DNA from: Macrostomum lignano
Taxonomy: Eukaryota
Length of the DNA stretch: 64,000 bases
Assembly (NCBI GenBank): GCA_002269645.1
Contig: NIVC01000031.1
Location: 1,364,001 to 1,428,000 of the forward strand
Direction of reading: 5' to 3'
The stretch's first letter is position 1. The number at the start of each line of letters is the position of its first letter. The position numbers and the translations under genes are program-made. The notes under the pieces are model-generated. The model was not told the DNA's origin. It saw nothing but the letters and a program-made list of their open reading frames with translations, and did no database searches. Below are positions 32,501-43,019 of the stretch, piece by piece.

Positions 32501-35500
32501 ACATAGAAACTGGAATCTCGGCTTGAGTCTGCTTGTGAAATTAACGCACATAAGGGCTAATCCCCAATTAATTCGGCACTATGAAATGTACAAGTTCCTG
32601 ATAATTAGAAAGTCAGGGCCGCTGTACACTGCTATGCGCATGACTGCGTACGTATCCGCGCGCTTGTGTGCCTGCTCAGGGGAGTCGGTGGAATGGGCAG
32701 CAATGCCTTTGTGTTGCTTTGCTTTATTTATGACACGTATGAGAACAGCAACCAGTTTAATAAATATTTCTCCATTATTTTTTTGACCCGATTTCCGCAA
32801 GCAATGATGAGTTTTGCACTGTCCATATGGTGCCAATGGTGCTATCTTTAACCCCACAGGAGCGGAATTCCTATTTAGTAATTTTGTGATAGAATTCTGT
32901 GTGAATGCTTGCAGGCATGAGTGCGTGCCTGTGTACATTGTCCATGCGCGCGCTGGCGTAATGCGGGCAGTATTGCCTTACCGATGATTGTGGGACCATG
33001 CGTTGCGCTAGGGTGGCCACTAACTTCCTGCGAGTGTTCATTTTTGATAGCTCGTAATAGGGTCCTCTAGGTCCAATACAATTTGGAAGGCAGTCCCCGC
33101 TCCCCGCCAAAGTATTTAGCTCAGCTAGTATAATGGTTAATACCAGGATGTGTTCTACGAAAATTTGCCCAATACATGTAGCTAGCTCGTACTAACCTAT
33201 GCGCGATTGCAAATGAATGCGACCGTTCTTCACCGCTTCCAGCTGCTGCTCTTCATCGTCAGCAAACTCGCACTGGCAGTCGTCAGCCAAGTGAAATATT
33301 TTCTTCTTACCTCCGACTAAAACAGTCCAGTTAATGTCATTTGTGCCTAAACGGTCACGCTTAGCCGCTGCATCAGTTGGTGTTTTCAGTGCCAAATTTC
33401 CGTAGCCCCAGCCCTCGATGCAGCTGCCAATGAGTAGCCTGTGCTCAAGCGACTGCTCCTGTGCTGCCGCTTCCAGATTAGAGGCAAGCGCTTGCTGCTT
33501 GATCGCGGCTGACTTGGTGAATCCAGCCTGGTTAAGCCGCTGGTGCAGGTCAAGGCTCAGTTCTTCTGGCGTCGAACTTCTGAAGGGTTTTTTTATTGAG
33601 AAAATTTTTTCAAAGGCAAGTGTCGTGGAGAGATCCCCGTAAAGAGTCGCCTCCAACAAAATTTCGAGTTTAAGACAGCTCAGGTATAAGCTCGTTTCTT
33701 ACTCATCTTCCGTGGCAGTTTCAACAAACGCTTCCGTCAAACTCGAGCTAAAATGCAAATGATCGCTTTTTAAATTGGAATTAATAATAAGTTATAAAAA
33801 TGAATTAGAATGTCACCTCTCTAAATTGCGATAGTCTAACAAGCGTAACACTTCTCGTTGTCCAGCCATTTCAGCCATCTGCGCACACGTTAAGCCCTGG
33901 CGGTCTCGGTGATGGACGTTGGAGCCACTGTCAATCAAAGTCTTGGCGATCTTCTCGTTGCCAGACAGAAACGCTCGAGCCAAAGCAGTTCGACCCAGGT
34001 TGTCTGCGGCCTGCACTGATGCTCCGCTTTCTAGCAGGCTTTTTACAATCTCGTGACGATCCTCATCAGTAGCTAGCATCAGTGCGGTACTGCCTTTTTC
34101 GTCTCTCTGATCCACCTGGTTGAGATGGGGTACAATCAAAACGGCCAGGGCTGAGTAGCCGAATGAGATGCACTCTTCAAACAGTTGGATTCTGTGTAGC
34201 TGCTTCATGTCGTCCAGTAGTCTTGTAATCGTTTGCTCACTCTCGGCAGCAATGGCGCAGTTGGAGAGACCTCGCAACTGCCATTCAGACGGTTGGAGTT
34301 TACCAGCGCGGCTATCGAAATCAAAGACGCTCAACACGCTGGCTTTCGGTGGTAGTTGCTGCATCAACAGGTTGAAACTGCCACTTAAAGCTGCAGCTTT
34401 TATAGCATCAGAACGGCACAGCTCGGCAATGTCTCTGCTAGAGGTCAACTTCACCATCTCGGCAACATTTGCCAAGCCGGTGACGGCTGAAAGCTTCACC
34501 AGCTCGACAGTGCACAAATCGCGAAATTCTATATTACGAATCATCGATAAGGCATTAACAGCAGCTTCAGTATTTTCGGCATGAACAGCGCTTACAGAAA
34601 CATCATAGAAGCCTCGTTCTCGATTGTCCTGCTCCGATATCAGTTGCAGAACACTCAGTGCAACAGCCCACTCTTGAGCTGTTGAAGCTAGCTTAGCCAC
34701 CTCAGTAATGCAAGTAAGCTGGACTTCATACTTGCAAAGTTCGAGTACGAATTTATCTGCCTCTGCCCACAGCTGAGCATTTGCGGCGCCGACTGCCAAT
34801 TCCTTGAAGCAGCGATCTTTAACGTCCTGGTCACGAATTTTCTGCCCGAAACGATTAGCCTCGATCCATTTTTTAGCAGCACAACAAGTTAGTGCAATAT
34901 TCGAATAACACTGGTCTCTCAAACAACCGTCAGTAATTTGCTTTGCTAAATTATCGGCATCTTCCCAGTCTTCCCAGGTAGCGGACATAGTGGCAGTATC
35001 ACTATAGCAATAGTTTTTAGTTGCGCAATCAGAAATTTTGCCTGCGACTTCCTCGGCAACGTCGTATCGACGCCTGCCCAAGGCAAGTTTAGCTAACTCT
35101 CTCAGGCAGCTGTTGCGCAATTCCGAGGAGCGTTGAATTTCGCCACACAATCGGACGGCTTGCCCCCAATTGGCCATGGATGCGGCGCATATGGCAGCCT
35201 CTTCGCAGCACCGATCCTGCACGCTAGCATCCGAGACTAAGTTCAGTAGACTTTTATGCGTCTCCCAGTCCTCAAGGCTGGCCGCGGTTCGACTCAGTTC
35301 AATACAGCACGAATCCTTCCGCTTTGAATTGTCGATAATTTGCACGAGTTTTAAGACTTCCTCCGCGTGTTTAAGCTCATTGTCAGTCGTCGCTATGCAA
35401 GCGCAACAGTCGTCTTTGAGTCGCTGATCGGTAATCGTACTGACCAACGGAGTAATTGAATTCCACTGGTCAACTGCTGTGCACAAGCGAGCGGCCTCGC

Positions 35501-36815
35501 TGAGGCACCTGTCTTTGACGGTTTTATCAGCAATCGATTGTGCAATGGTGTTTGCGGCGTCAATATCTTTATTCTTAACTCGGGTGCACGTGACGTCGTA
35601 TCGACAGTCGTCCTGTATAGAAACGTCAGTAATTTCATTGACTAGCTGAACAAACGCTTTGAATTCATGTTTGCTTCCGGCAGCTTTAGCCAGCTCTTTG
35701 AAGCAGCTGTTTCTTCTGCTTATGTCAGCAAGGCCGCCGAGAAATTCGACAGCTACAGACCAGGCCTCTTTCTGGCCAGCCTGCTTAGCAATGCAGATTC
35801 GGCATTCGTCTTGCACTTTCTGGTCTTTGATGAAGCGGACAGCTGCACCAGCGTTATCCCAGCGTTCCCAAGCGGCTGCCAGGACGGCACAGTCGCTGCA
35901 GCTCTGGTCCACCGCTGCTTTGGACATGGTTGGTACTAGCTCATTAGCAAGTGGCTGAAACTGATCCTTGACAACGGCTGTCTCAAGCACCTTCAAGCAG
36001 ACTGAATCTCGAGTCGACTGCTCGACTATGCTAGCAGCCAGGCTAGCGGCGATCTGCCATCTGCCAGATTCAGCTGCCCTCGGAGCCAATTCGGAGCTGC
36101 AATCCTCCTTGATTTTTTGTTCTTCGATGCCAACGAAAAGGCGCTCGACCATTTCCCAGTGACCGGAGACGGAGAGGAAACCAGCGACTTCGCGACTGCA
36201 TCGGTCGCGAGATTCTGGATTTTGAATTTTAGCTACTAGCCTAGCAGCAAGCTCGGCGCGTCCCTCTCCTGATGTAATTGTAGCGTCACAGGCAGCAGCA
36301 GCCGCAGTGGCCGATTTGTGCAAGCAATCGTCTTGCATATTTTGATCGGCGATAATGCAGGTGAACATATCCGCCACATCACCGTTACAAGCGCTAGCCG
36401 CAAACTTGGCCAAGTCGCTGCAGACAGTCTGGCGAAGGCGCTCGTTCATCACTTGAAGCACTAAATTCTCGGCTTCTCGCCAGTCCTGCCACATGGCCGC
36501 GCACTTTGCAGCCTCTGCAGCACAAATTTCTCTAACTTTAGAGTCTTCGATAGCATGCAGAAGCTGTTGAACCAGCCGCCAGTGTCGATTAGAAGCGAAC
36601 AATAGTACCGCCTCCGAGCACCATCGGTTTCGATCAGGAGACAGTTTGAGCAGCTCAGCTAGTAACTGGGGCTGCATGTCTACGCCATACTCAGCAGAGA
36701 ATTCGCGGCAGCTCAAATCAACATTGCCACTTTTTAAACGCCCGGCTAAATCTGAAGCCTGGGAGTCCGGAGTCCGCTGACGATTTTCATCGACTTGGGA
36801 GTTTTGATTGCCCAT
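28509..36815 (-). CDS. Predicted 2111-aa multidomain protein: helical-repeat solenoid, ankyrin, cGAS-like (Mab-21) NTase fold, ankyrin, caspase; exons 36815-33817, 33747-33703, 33579-33197, 32464-31168, 30540-30120, 30036-29714, 29376-28509
   Basis: All six introns are GT-AG with matching phases (2,2,1,2,0,2). Exon total is 6336 nt with no internal stop. The phase-0 junction rebuilds an ankyrin repeat (IDLNKM|DLVRSTALTHAC). The last exon adds the caspase N-terminal motifs (YEIRTDNHRRLAIVINNVRF...RGGAQLD) in frame with the listed 186-aa ORF. Each domain call is stronger than the single-transcript model. Confidence 0.8.
29714..30540 (-). other. Second ankyrin-repeat block of the fusion gene (about 5-6 repeats, exons 5-6)
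   Basis: ETLLTIAVKRN, GRTALWWACKRG, GLTPLMLAVVEGH, STALTHACRCG, ATPLIWAARRGH, ERTALQSAEFFGH. Confidence 0.9.
31168..33579 (-). other. cGAS-like/Mab-21 nucleotidyltransferase-fold domain plus helical extension (exons 3-4)
   Basis: N-lobe LLIGSCIEG...NDIN. C-lobe LQISFSNQERKI, LSSYHAKTLLFHMME, W...LIQLLQESL..ML and CMPHFFIPD, matching the Mab-21 C-terminal signature pattern. Confidence 0.85.
33817..36815 (-). other. N-terminal 33-aa helical repeat solenoid (about 23 units) plus about 3 ankyrin repeats (exon 1)
   Basis: Consensus I-x-D-x3-[RK]-D-x-C-x3-[LA]A-x2-AA-x4-W-x2-A is visible in the translation. C-terminal GSTALMLA, GRTALARA and GLTCAQMA ankyrin motifs. Confidence 0.85.
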
Positions 36816-37959
36816 TTTATCGAGCCCCGTGGTACAAGTACAACTCTAAAAGTTGTCAACGAGTGTACATGTACTAATTGCACTTATCAAGGAGCATGCA
36901 TGATGTTTCAAAATTCAACTCGCAGCTTGATCGCTGTGATCTGTGGGTGTTAATCAACATCTGTCTATCAGTAAAATTTGGAATTGTTTGAGTAGACCAC
37001 AATGGAACACCAGATACTTACCTAAATGTGAGTAATGTAGGCTGCGAGACCTGATTATAAATAATACAACAAATTCCGAAAACAGAATTGCATGTATAGG
37101 CCAAACTTGCTTTATGCTAAGATTCCATGCAGTTTCTATGAATTTATTTAACATGTACACTGTACACGTTCGTTTATAAGTTTTCATGTAAATAAGGCGA
37201 TTTATTTATACTTTGTATATAACAACCATACCCAAAGGCGAACCTGCAAGGGACTTTGGAATCTGGATTTCAGCTGGTATCTAAATAGTGAAAATGCAAC
37301 TTTTTCACTTCAAATCCAAAATTTAAACGGATGCTTGACAGATACACTCTTCATGCGTGACAGAGCGTGTGCATGCAGTTTTCAGTCCGGAAATTTCCTA
37401 CAATACATGTATAACATAAACAACACACGTGTCCGGAGATCGTATGTGTAGATTGTTGTTTTATCATTTACTGTATTACAGAACAATTGCTGCACCTGTA
37501 CATGTACTGTAGGTCGACTTGCGCTCTTACATGTACATGTAGTTTCCTTGTGCTGCCAGAGTGCTGGATAGACGGATACTGACAATCTTCATCATTTAAG
37601 TTTATCGCAGAAAAATCAAAATTTAAAAGAAAACTTGCTTATAGTCTATTATTAAAATTCTTGCAATGTGCTGTGTACATGCTACATGTATGATGCTCGT
37701 TGTTTACAAACATCAGGATCTGGGAGGTCACGATTGCAAAAACCTCAGGATCTGGGACTCTGGGAGGCTGCGGATGACCAAAAGCTCAAGATGTACATGT
37801 ATAGGACCGGGAAACCGGATAGCAAACAACCTCAGAATGTACATGTAGGACCAAGAACCATTGATATACTGTAACTGTTATATACAGTGGTCCTTGTGTA
37901 TGGTAAATTGATGGCAAACAACCACAGGATAAAATAATAATAATTGATGACACCTGCCC

Positions 37960-38237
37960 TAATAGGCAGATGTGCAACCGACAGCTCAGTCGCAGCTATT
38001 GCGCGGCGCACCTGAAGGCTGCGTACGGCTGTTCAGTCCAAGGACTGGGGGGGGTCGCCACACACTCCCTCAATTGCCCCAGCTAATGCTCGTAGGGCCG
38101 GCCCATTTTACAGCTGGGTGAACTGAAGCAATGCAGAACTAAGTGTCTTGCTCGAGGACACAAATTGTCGCGAGTGAGTCAAGAATCGAACCATCGACCT
38201 TCAAGTCGTGAGGTCTACGCTCTGACCACTAGGCCAC
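37960..38237 (-). mobile_element. tRNA-derived CORE-SINE
   Basis: Minus strand: A box TGGCCTAGTGG (38226-38236), B box GGTTCGATTC (38183-38192), then TGTGTCCTCGAGCAAGACACTTAGTTCTGCATTGCTTCAGTTCACCCAGCTGTAAAATGGG, which aligns by eye to the MIR CORE consensus. Confidence 0.82.
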
Positions 38238-38253
38238 AACAGGATGTAGGACT

Positions 38254-38502
38254 GGGGTGCTTTCACAAGTTCGAAATTTCACAACGTCGAAAAGTAAATT
38301 ATTTCACAAGGTCGAAACTTCACAACATCGAAAACTTAAATAGCAGCCACTTTCACAAGGTCGAAACTCCATAAGCTCGAAATTTCACAACGTCGAAAAC
38401 TTAAAATAACAAGAACTATGCATTAGTTTTCGATGTTGTGAAATTTCGACCTTGTGAAAGGTGCTTTCGACGTTGTGAAATTTCGAATTTGTGAACCCCC
38501 CC
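38254..38502. mobile_element. MITE with 8-bp TSD (hAT- or Merlin-like)
   Basis: Inverted ends TTCACAAGTTCGAAATTTCACAACGTCGAAA / TTTCGACGTTGTGAAATTTCGAATTTGTGAA, GG..CC termini, TSD GTAGGACT (38246-38253, 38503-38510). Confidence 0.8.
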
Positions 38503-39689
38503 GTAGGACTAAGACTGTATGGGACTAGGACTAGGACAGGATCAAGGATCTATGATGTAGGGAAACTGATTAAAAACAACCTCAGGATTTAGGAGACTGC
38601 ACACAGCTCGGTACTCGCCAAAAATTATTACGTACTGTAGCTGACTACTTTAAGTAGCCATACTTTCGCGATTTTATCCTAATCACTTGAAAAAGGAATA
38701 GTTTTGTCTGTATCTTTTCTGATCCATACCGCAAATTTCTTAAAGAGAATATCAAATCCTGCAACAAGAGACTTCGAGTATTTGGGATTTTAAATTTAAC
38801 AAAATTAAATTACAAGAACGAGTATATTTATTGAATTTACACAGCTGTTAACAGAGAACCTAATTAGAGCTCCCTAGAGTGAGACTCTTATGCCAATCAA
38901 TTTGTTTGACACACGACTTGGAATAAGTACTGTAATTGGATAAAAGTACAAGGATCGCTTGATTAAGTATAGCATAGATGTATATATAGGTAATACTAGC
39001 ATTTTATGTGTACTATTCAATAGGGCAATACATGTAAATAATTGTCGATCAACATTTTGTATACACTCTGCTGTTTTCGGTGGCAAACAAATAAAACCAA
39101 CTGACTGACTGATAGCTTTGGAAACTACACGCAAGAGATGAAGCACATGCAGCTGTGGGAATGCACTCACAGAACGGAGTGGGTCTATTAAAAAATTATG
39201 CAAGCGGGGACCCCGTATACCCTAAATGTATACCCTAAATACTCTGTCCTTTAGCTATTAGTCGTGCAAAGTTCCTTTCTGTGTAAAAGACAACTCTCCA
39301 ATACCATAATTAATATGAAAAAAATGACGCAAAGCAGCAAATAATGATGCAAGAAAAGCGCACAAATATACAAAGTACATCAAACGACATAGACAGAGTC
39401 AAACAGGGAGATAATGAGAAGACTTGTCTGATGAGGAAAGACGAAATTACAAACATGCCATAATGAATCTGGGTTTGCTTAGATTTTGAAACATTAATAA
39501 AACTCTTACTCGTACTTAAGTGTCTAGTGCTAGTGCATGGATGGTCTGTAAGCAAAATGGTACGGAATTATTCCAAGTCAAACAGGAAGAAACTTTCTTA
39601 ACTTTGTTTCTGATTTTTAACCGGTGAACTAAGCATTAATATGCTACGTTATAGCTCGTAAATCCTAAGAAAAACAGCCAGTGAGTAAC

Positions 39690-41513
39690 TCAAAGGAAGT
39701 CGCCACTCAGATTGGAGCCGCTAGGGGCAGCAGCTGCACCCATAGCAGCGGAAGACGCCCCTCCGGAGAACTGCATCGCGTGCATGGAGCTGCGACTGCC
39801 GTGCAAATTGCTGCCAACGCTGGACGCCATCGAAACGCCGTTACCGTTGCAGGTTACCATGGCCACGTGGCGAGCGGCTCCAATTCCGTTACTGTACTGC
39901 TGCTGTAGCCTCGAATCGTGCCGTATATGCGCAGCAGGGGAGTTGCTGTACTTGCGCGGTGGCAACGGAGGCGGCGGTCCCTGACGCGGACGGTACTGCT
40001 GCTGCTGCGGCTGCTGCTGCTGCTGCTGCTGCTGCTGGGGCTGCTGCTGTTGCGTCATCTGATGAGGTTGCTGGTAAAGCTGCTGCTGCTGCGGTACCTC
40101 TTGTTGTTGACGACGCTTCTCTCGACCAGCCTCAAGCAAGTCGTCGCAGCTGGTGGCACGGAACGGGCGCGGCGCGGCGGGCACCCCCATGCACTCGGCT
40201 AGGCGAATTCGTGGAGGATTTACAAGTACGAGGCCGCTGTCGTTAGACGAATTGGACTTGCTGTGCTGCTGAAACTGCTGCTGCTGTTGCAGTTTCTGCT
40301 GCTGTTGGAAGTGTGAATGCGCCGGCATGCGCCCAGTTCTCACATAGAAGTAAATATCCTCTACTTCGTCTAGAAGATCGTCAACTTCAAGTGGTTGTTG
40401 TTCCTGCTGTTGAGCCAGTGGTAACACCTGCTGGTCTCCTGGCTGCAGCAAGCATCGCTCCTGAGGCGCCAATTGATTTGTCGCATCGCCAAGATGTCGA
40501 ATTAGATAACGCAGCGCTTCAAATGGATGATAGGACTGTAGAAACTGAGTCACTCTGGTGGAGTGCCGCTCCAACAGCTGAACGTGATGACCGAGCTCTG
40601 ATTCGCCAACTCGAAACGCGTGCTGGTTGAGCATTTCCGGCGTTACCACGAAGAAGCGTTCCGGATTCGATAGCGACGCCAGGAACAGTAGGTCGCCGCG
40701 ATTACACGAAGTCAGACGCAGACTGTGTCGATCGGAGAACGACAACCAGGGCAGAGGAGGCCCGAAAACTGGCCTAACACTGAGTGGGAACTGGAACTTG
40801 CTCAACAAAGACTGCAGCGTGTGTACACCTGAGATGTTTTCAGCTCCCGCCACCGGACTCACAGCGCACTTGTCCTCTAAGTTAAGGAAGACCAGATGAC
40901 CGTTTGTATCGGAGCATTTTACAAGTGGCAGCTCCTTGACTTTCCGATGCTTCTGCACGCGAAATTTGCCACTCTCAATATAGTTGAGCACTGTGCCGGA
41001 TTTAAGCAGACCAGTGCTTTCAGCGCTCAGGTCAAAGTTGCCATTGCCGGCTTTGTTCTTTGCGAATAGGCATTTCTGGTCTTTGCGTAGAAAGACCGAT
41101 TGCGGCTTGTGGCGAGCCACGTCCTTTACGCTGGTCCAGTAGGGAATGGAGCCACCACTCTCGTTGAGAACTTCGAACCAGCCGGTTGAGTAGTCGGTGA
41201 GAATCACTCTAATGCTTTTTTCGTTGCCGCTAGTACTTGAAGACGATGCCGACTGTTTGCTCAACGCGTGATGAGGCATCGATGGCGTTGACTTGGTCTT
41301 GCTCCAGCTGCCTGCCACTAGTTTGCAGTTCCGAACCGCTTTAAGCATGAGCACCTCTTGATTATTCAAGGCGCAGGTGCATTGCTCGCGAAGGCAACGT
41401 ATGCTGATGAGGATGCTGCGATTCGATTCAGCAAGCTCATAGCAGTCGAGCAACTCTTGAAGGCTCTGGGTGTCCCGGCGCCACAGCAGCGAGAATAGGT
41501 TGAGCTCGGACAT
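39690..41513 (-). CDS. CABIT-domain protein (Themis/GAREM/Serrano-like) with Gln/Pro-rich tail, 607 aa, single coding exon
   Basis: ILTDYSTGWFEVL, LKSGTVL, CAVSPV and HTLQSLLSKFQFPLSVRPVFG resemble CABIT motifs. C-terminal poly-Gln and PPPLPPRK (SH3-ligand-like). The long open frame has coding-like composition. Confidence 0.7.
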   Translation of the reverse strand: MSELNLFSLLWRRDTQSLQELLDCYELAESNRSILISIRCLREQCTCALNNQEVLMLKAVRNCKLVAGSWSKTKSTPSMPHHALSKQSASSSSTSGNEKSIRVILTDYSTGWFEVLNESGGSIPYWTSVKDVARHKPQSVFLRKDQKCLFAKNKAGNGNFDLSAESTGLLKSGTVLNYIESGKFRVQKHRKVKELPLVKCSDTNGHLVFLNLEDKCAVSPVAGAENISGVHTLQSLLSKFQFPLSVRPVFGPPLPWLSFSDRHSLRLTSCNRGDLLFLASLSNPERFFVVTPEMLNQHAFRVGESELGHHVQLLERHSTRVTQFLQSYHPFEALRYLIRHLGDATNQLAPQERCLLQPGDQQVLPLAQQQEQQPLEVDDLLDEVEDIYFYVRTGRMPAHSHFQQQQKLQQQQQFQQHSKSNSSNDSGLVLVNPPRIRLAECMGVPAAPRPFRATSCDDLLEAGREKRRQQQEVPQQQQLYQQPHQMTQQQQPQQQQQQQQQPQQQQYRPRQGPPPPLPPRKYSNSPAAHIRHDSRLQQQYSNGIGAARHVAMVTCNGNGVSMASSVGSNLHGSRSSMHAMQFSGGASSAAMGAAAAPSGSNLSGDFL

Positions 41514-43019
41514 GATGTAGGCTAGTAATCTTCACCGTAAAAGGCTTTTAGAGCTTGTTCTGTTAGAATGATGCCTGACAGTGACGCATGCGATCTGCAA
41601 CTGACATCGGCTTAGTCAGTTTGGGTATTGCTTCAAGCTTGCTCGGAGATGCACGCTCGTATCTTAAAATTGAAGCAGATATTTAAAGTTCTGACAGAAT
41701 ATTCACTGCGTTTGATATTAGTATTGCTTGCTTGTCTTTTTATACTGCCGTCTCAGGGGCGGGGCCTACGTTTGCCTGCGGCTCAATATGGGGCCGATTA
41801 ATAAAGTGCTTTTTTCAGGAGCTCTGTCGTTCTTTCTCTCTTTCTGGCTTCTTCCTATAACCGGCTGGATTGGACAGGAAAGGGGCGAGTGCTGGCGCAT
41901 ATACAGTGAGAACAGTGAGAACCGCAAGCCATACAGAAACAAGCAAGAGCTGCACTGCAAGATAAACGGAGCCCCCCCTGGCGTGCAGCTTCTAAATTCG
42001 ACTGGAGAGGGGCTAGAAAGAGAGAGACGAAAGACGAAAGAAACCCACACCTCAAGTAAATCTTCTGGGGCCAGAAACTCGAGATTCCGGCCCGCTCTCG
42101 AGTCCCACCCACAGCCTCACTGCGAAATCTTCATCTCAATCTCAATAGAACTTGTGCTCCGGGGCAGTTTCTCAGAACCCACACCCATGCCAACTCGGAA
42201 AAACAATGAGCCTCAAACAATGCAGCAGACTGAGAGCAGTGGGGTTGGGTGGAAATTTCAATAGAAAAGAAAGCATTGGCGACAGTCCCGAAAACTAAAG
42301 GAGGGAATTGTAGAGCAGAACCTGACCAAATACGGTGTAGCTCACTTTGAAAGCAGCAAAAGATGTAGAAGAAAGATATCGACAAGAAAAGCATAGCTTT
42401 ACCTTTTTAAGCTAACAACTCTATATATCTTTTCATCAAAGCACATGGCCAGTTTTTCCAAGCACAGCTCGAAAATTGAGTACATTGCTAGAAAATTTTC
42501 TTTTATATAGTTCTAATGCTGGTCACGTCACATCTAACGCAAGTCGACTCTGTATAACTGAGAACTTAAAGCAATAGAGACGGGTGTGAGTTATAAAATC
42601 TAAAACCCCCGTGCTACCCTAACATAAGTTCTATACTCGCACTCGAGAACACGAGTTCGGGCCGAAGACATGATTACCGACCGCTCCAAGTGAACTGGAG
42701 CAGCCAGCCTACCTGTCTGCCTTTCGAGCCACAGCTTAGGGCATGCAGTGCATGCACTCAGGTGCAAGAGACTTGCTCAAAAAAGATGTTTCGTAAAATT
42801 TTCTATACCTTTTAGCCCTCGTAGGTTCAGACTATAATAATACAATCCAATTAAGGAAACCTGTATTCATGCCTGTGCGCCGAGTCTTAGGACCCACGTG
42901 ACGCAGAGCTTTATTTGATTTTACAATAAAATTAAAAATAGACCTGGCAAAGCAGTATGCTGGCTGCTGCGACGCTTGTTTATGCCAGTTTATAAGACGA
43001 CACGAAACAAAGTGGAAAG

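Noticed and set aside
32475-33110. ORFs of 79-119 aa inside intron 3 of the fusion gene
   Set aside because: No recognisable motifs, they overlap on both strands, and the flanking exons join in frame without them.
28509-33817. In-frame stop codons sit right at several donors of the fusion gene, which could look like designed truncation isoforms or separate genes
   Set aside because: A phase-2 donor NN|GTRA automatically reads NNG-TRA (stop). The same happens in STIP1 and NAPG, so it carries no information.
37100-37900. Frequent TACATGTA octamers
   Set aside because: They also occur at 25-27 kb and elsewhere with no spacing pattern; treated as a background simple motif.
39681-40899. Plus-strand ORFs overlapping the CABIT gene, and similar antisense ORFs over other CDSs
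   Set aside because: Shadow ORFs of GC-rich, low-complexity coding sequence on the opposite strand.
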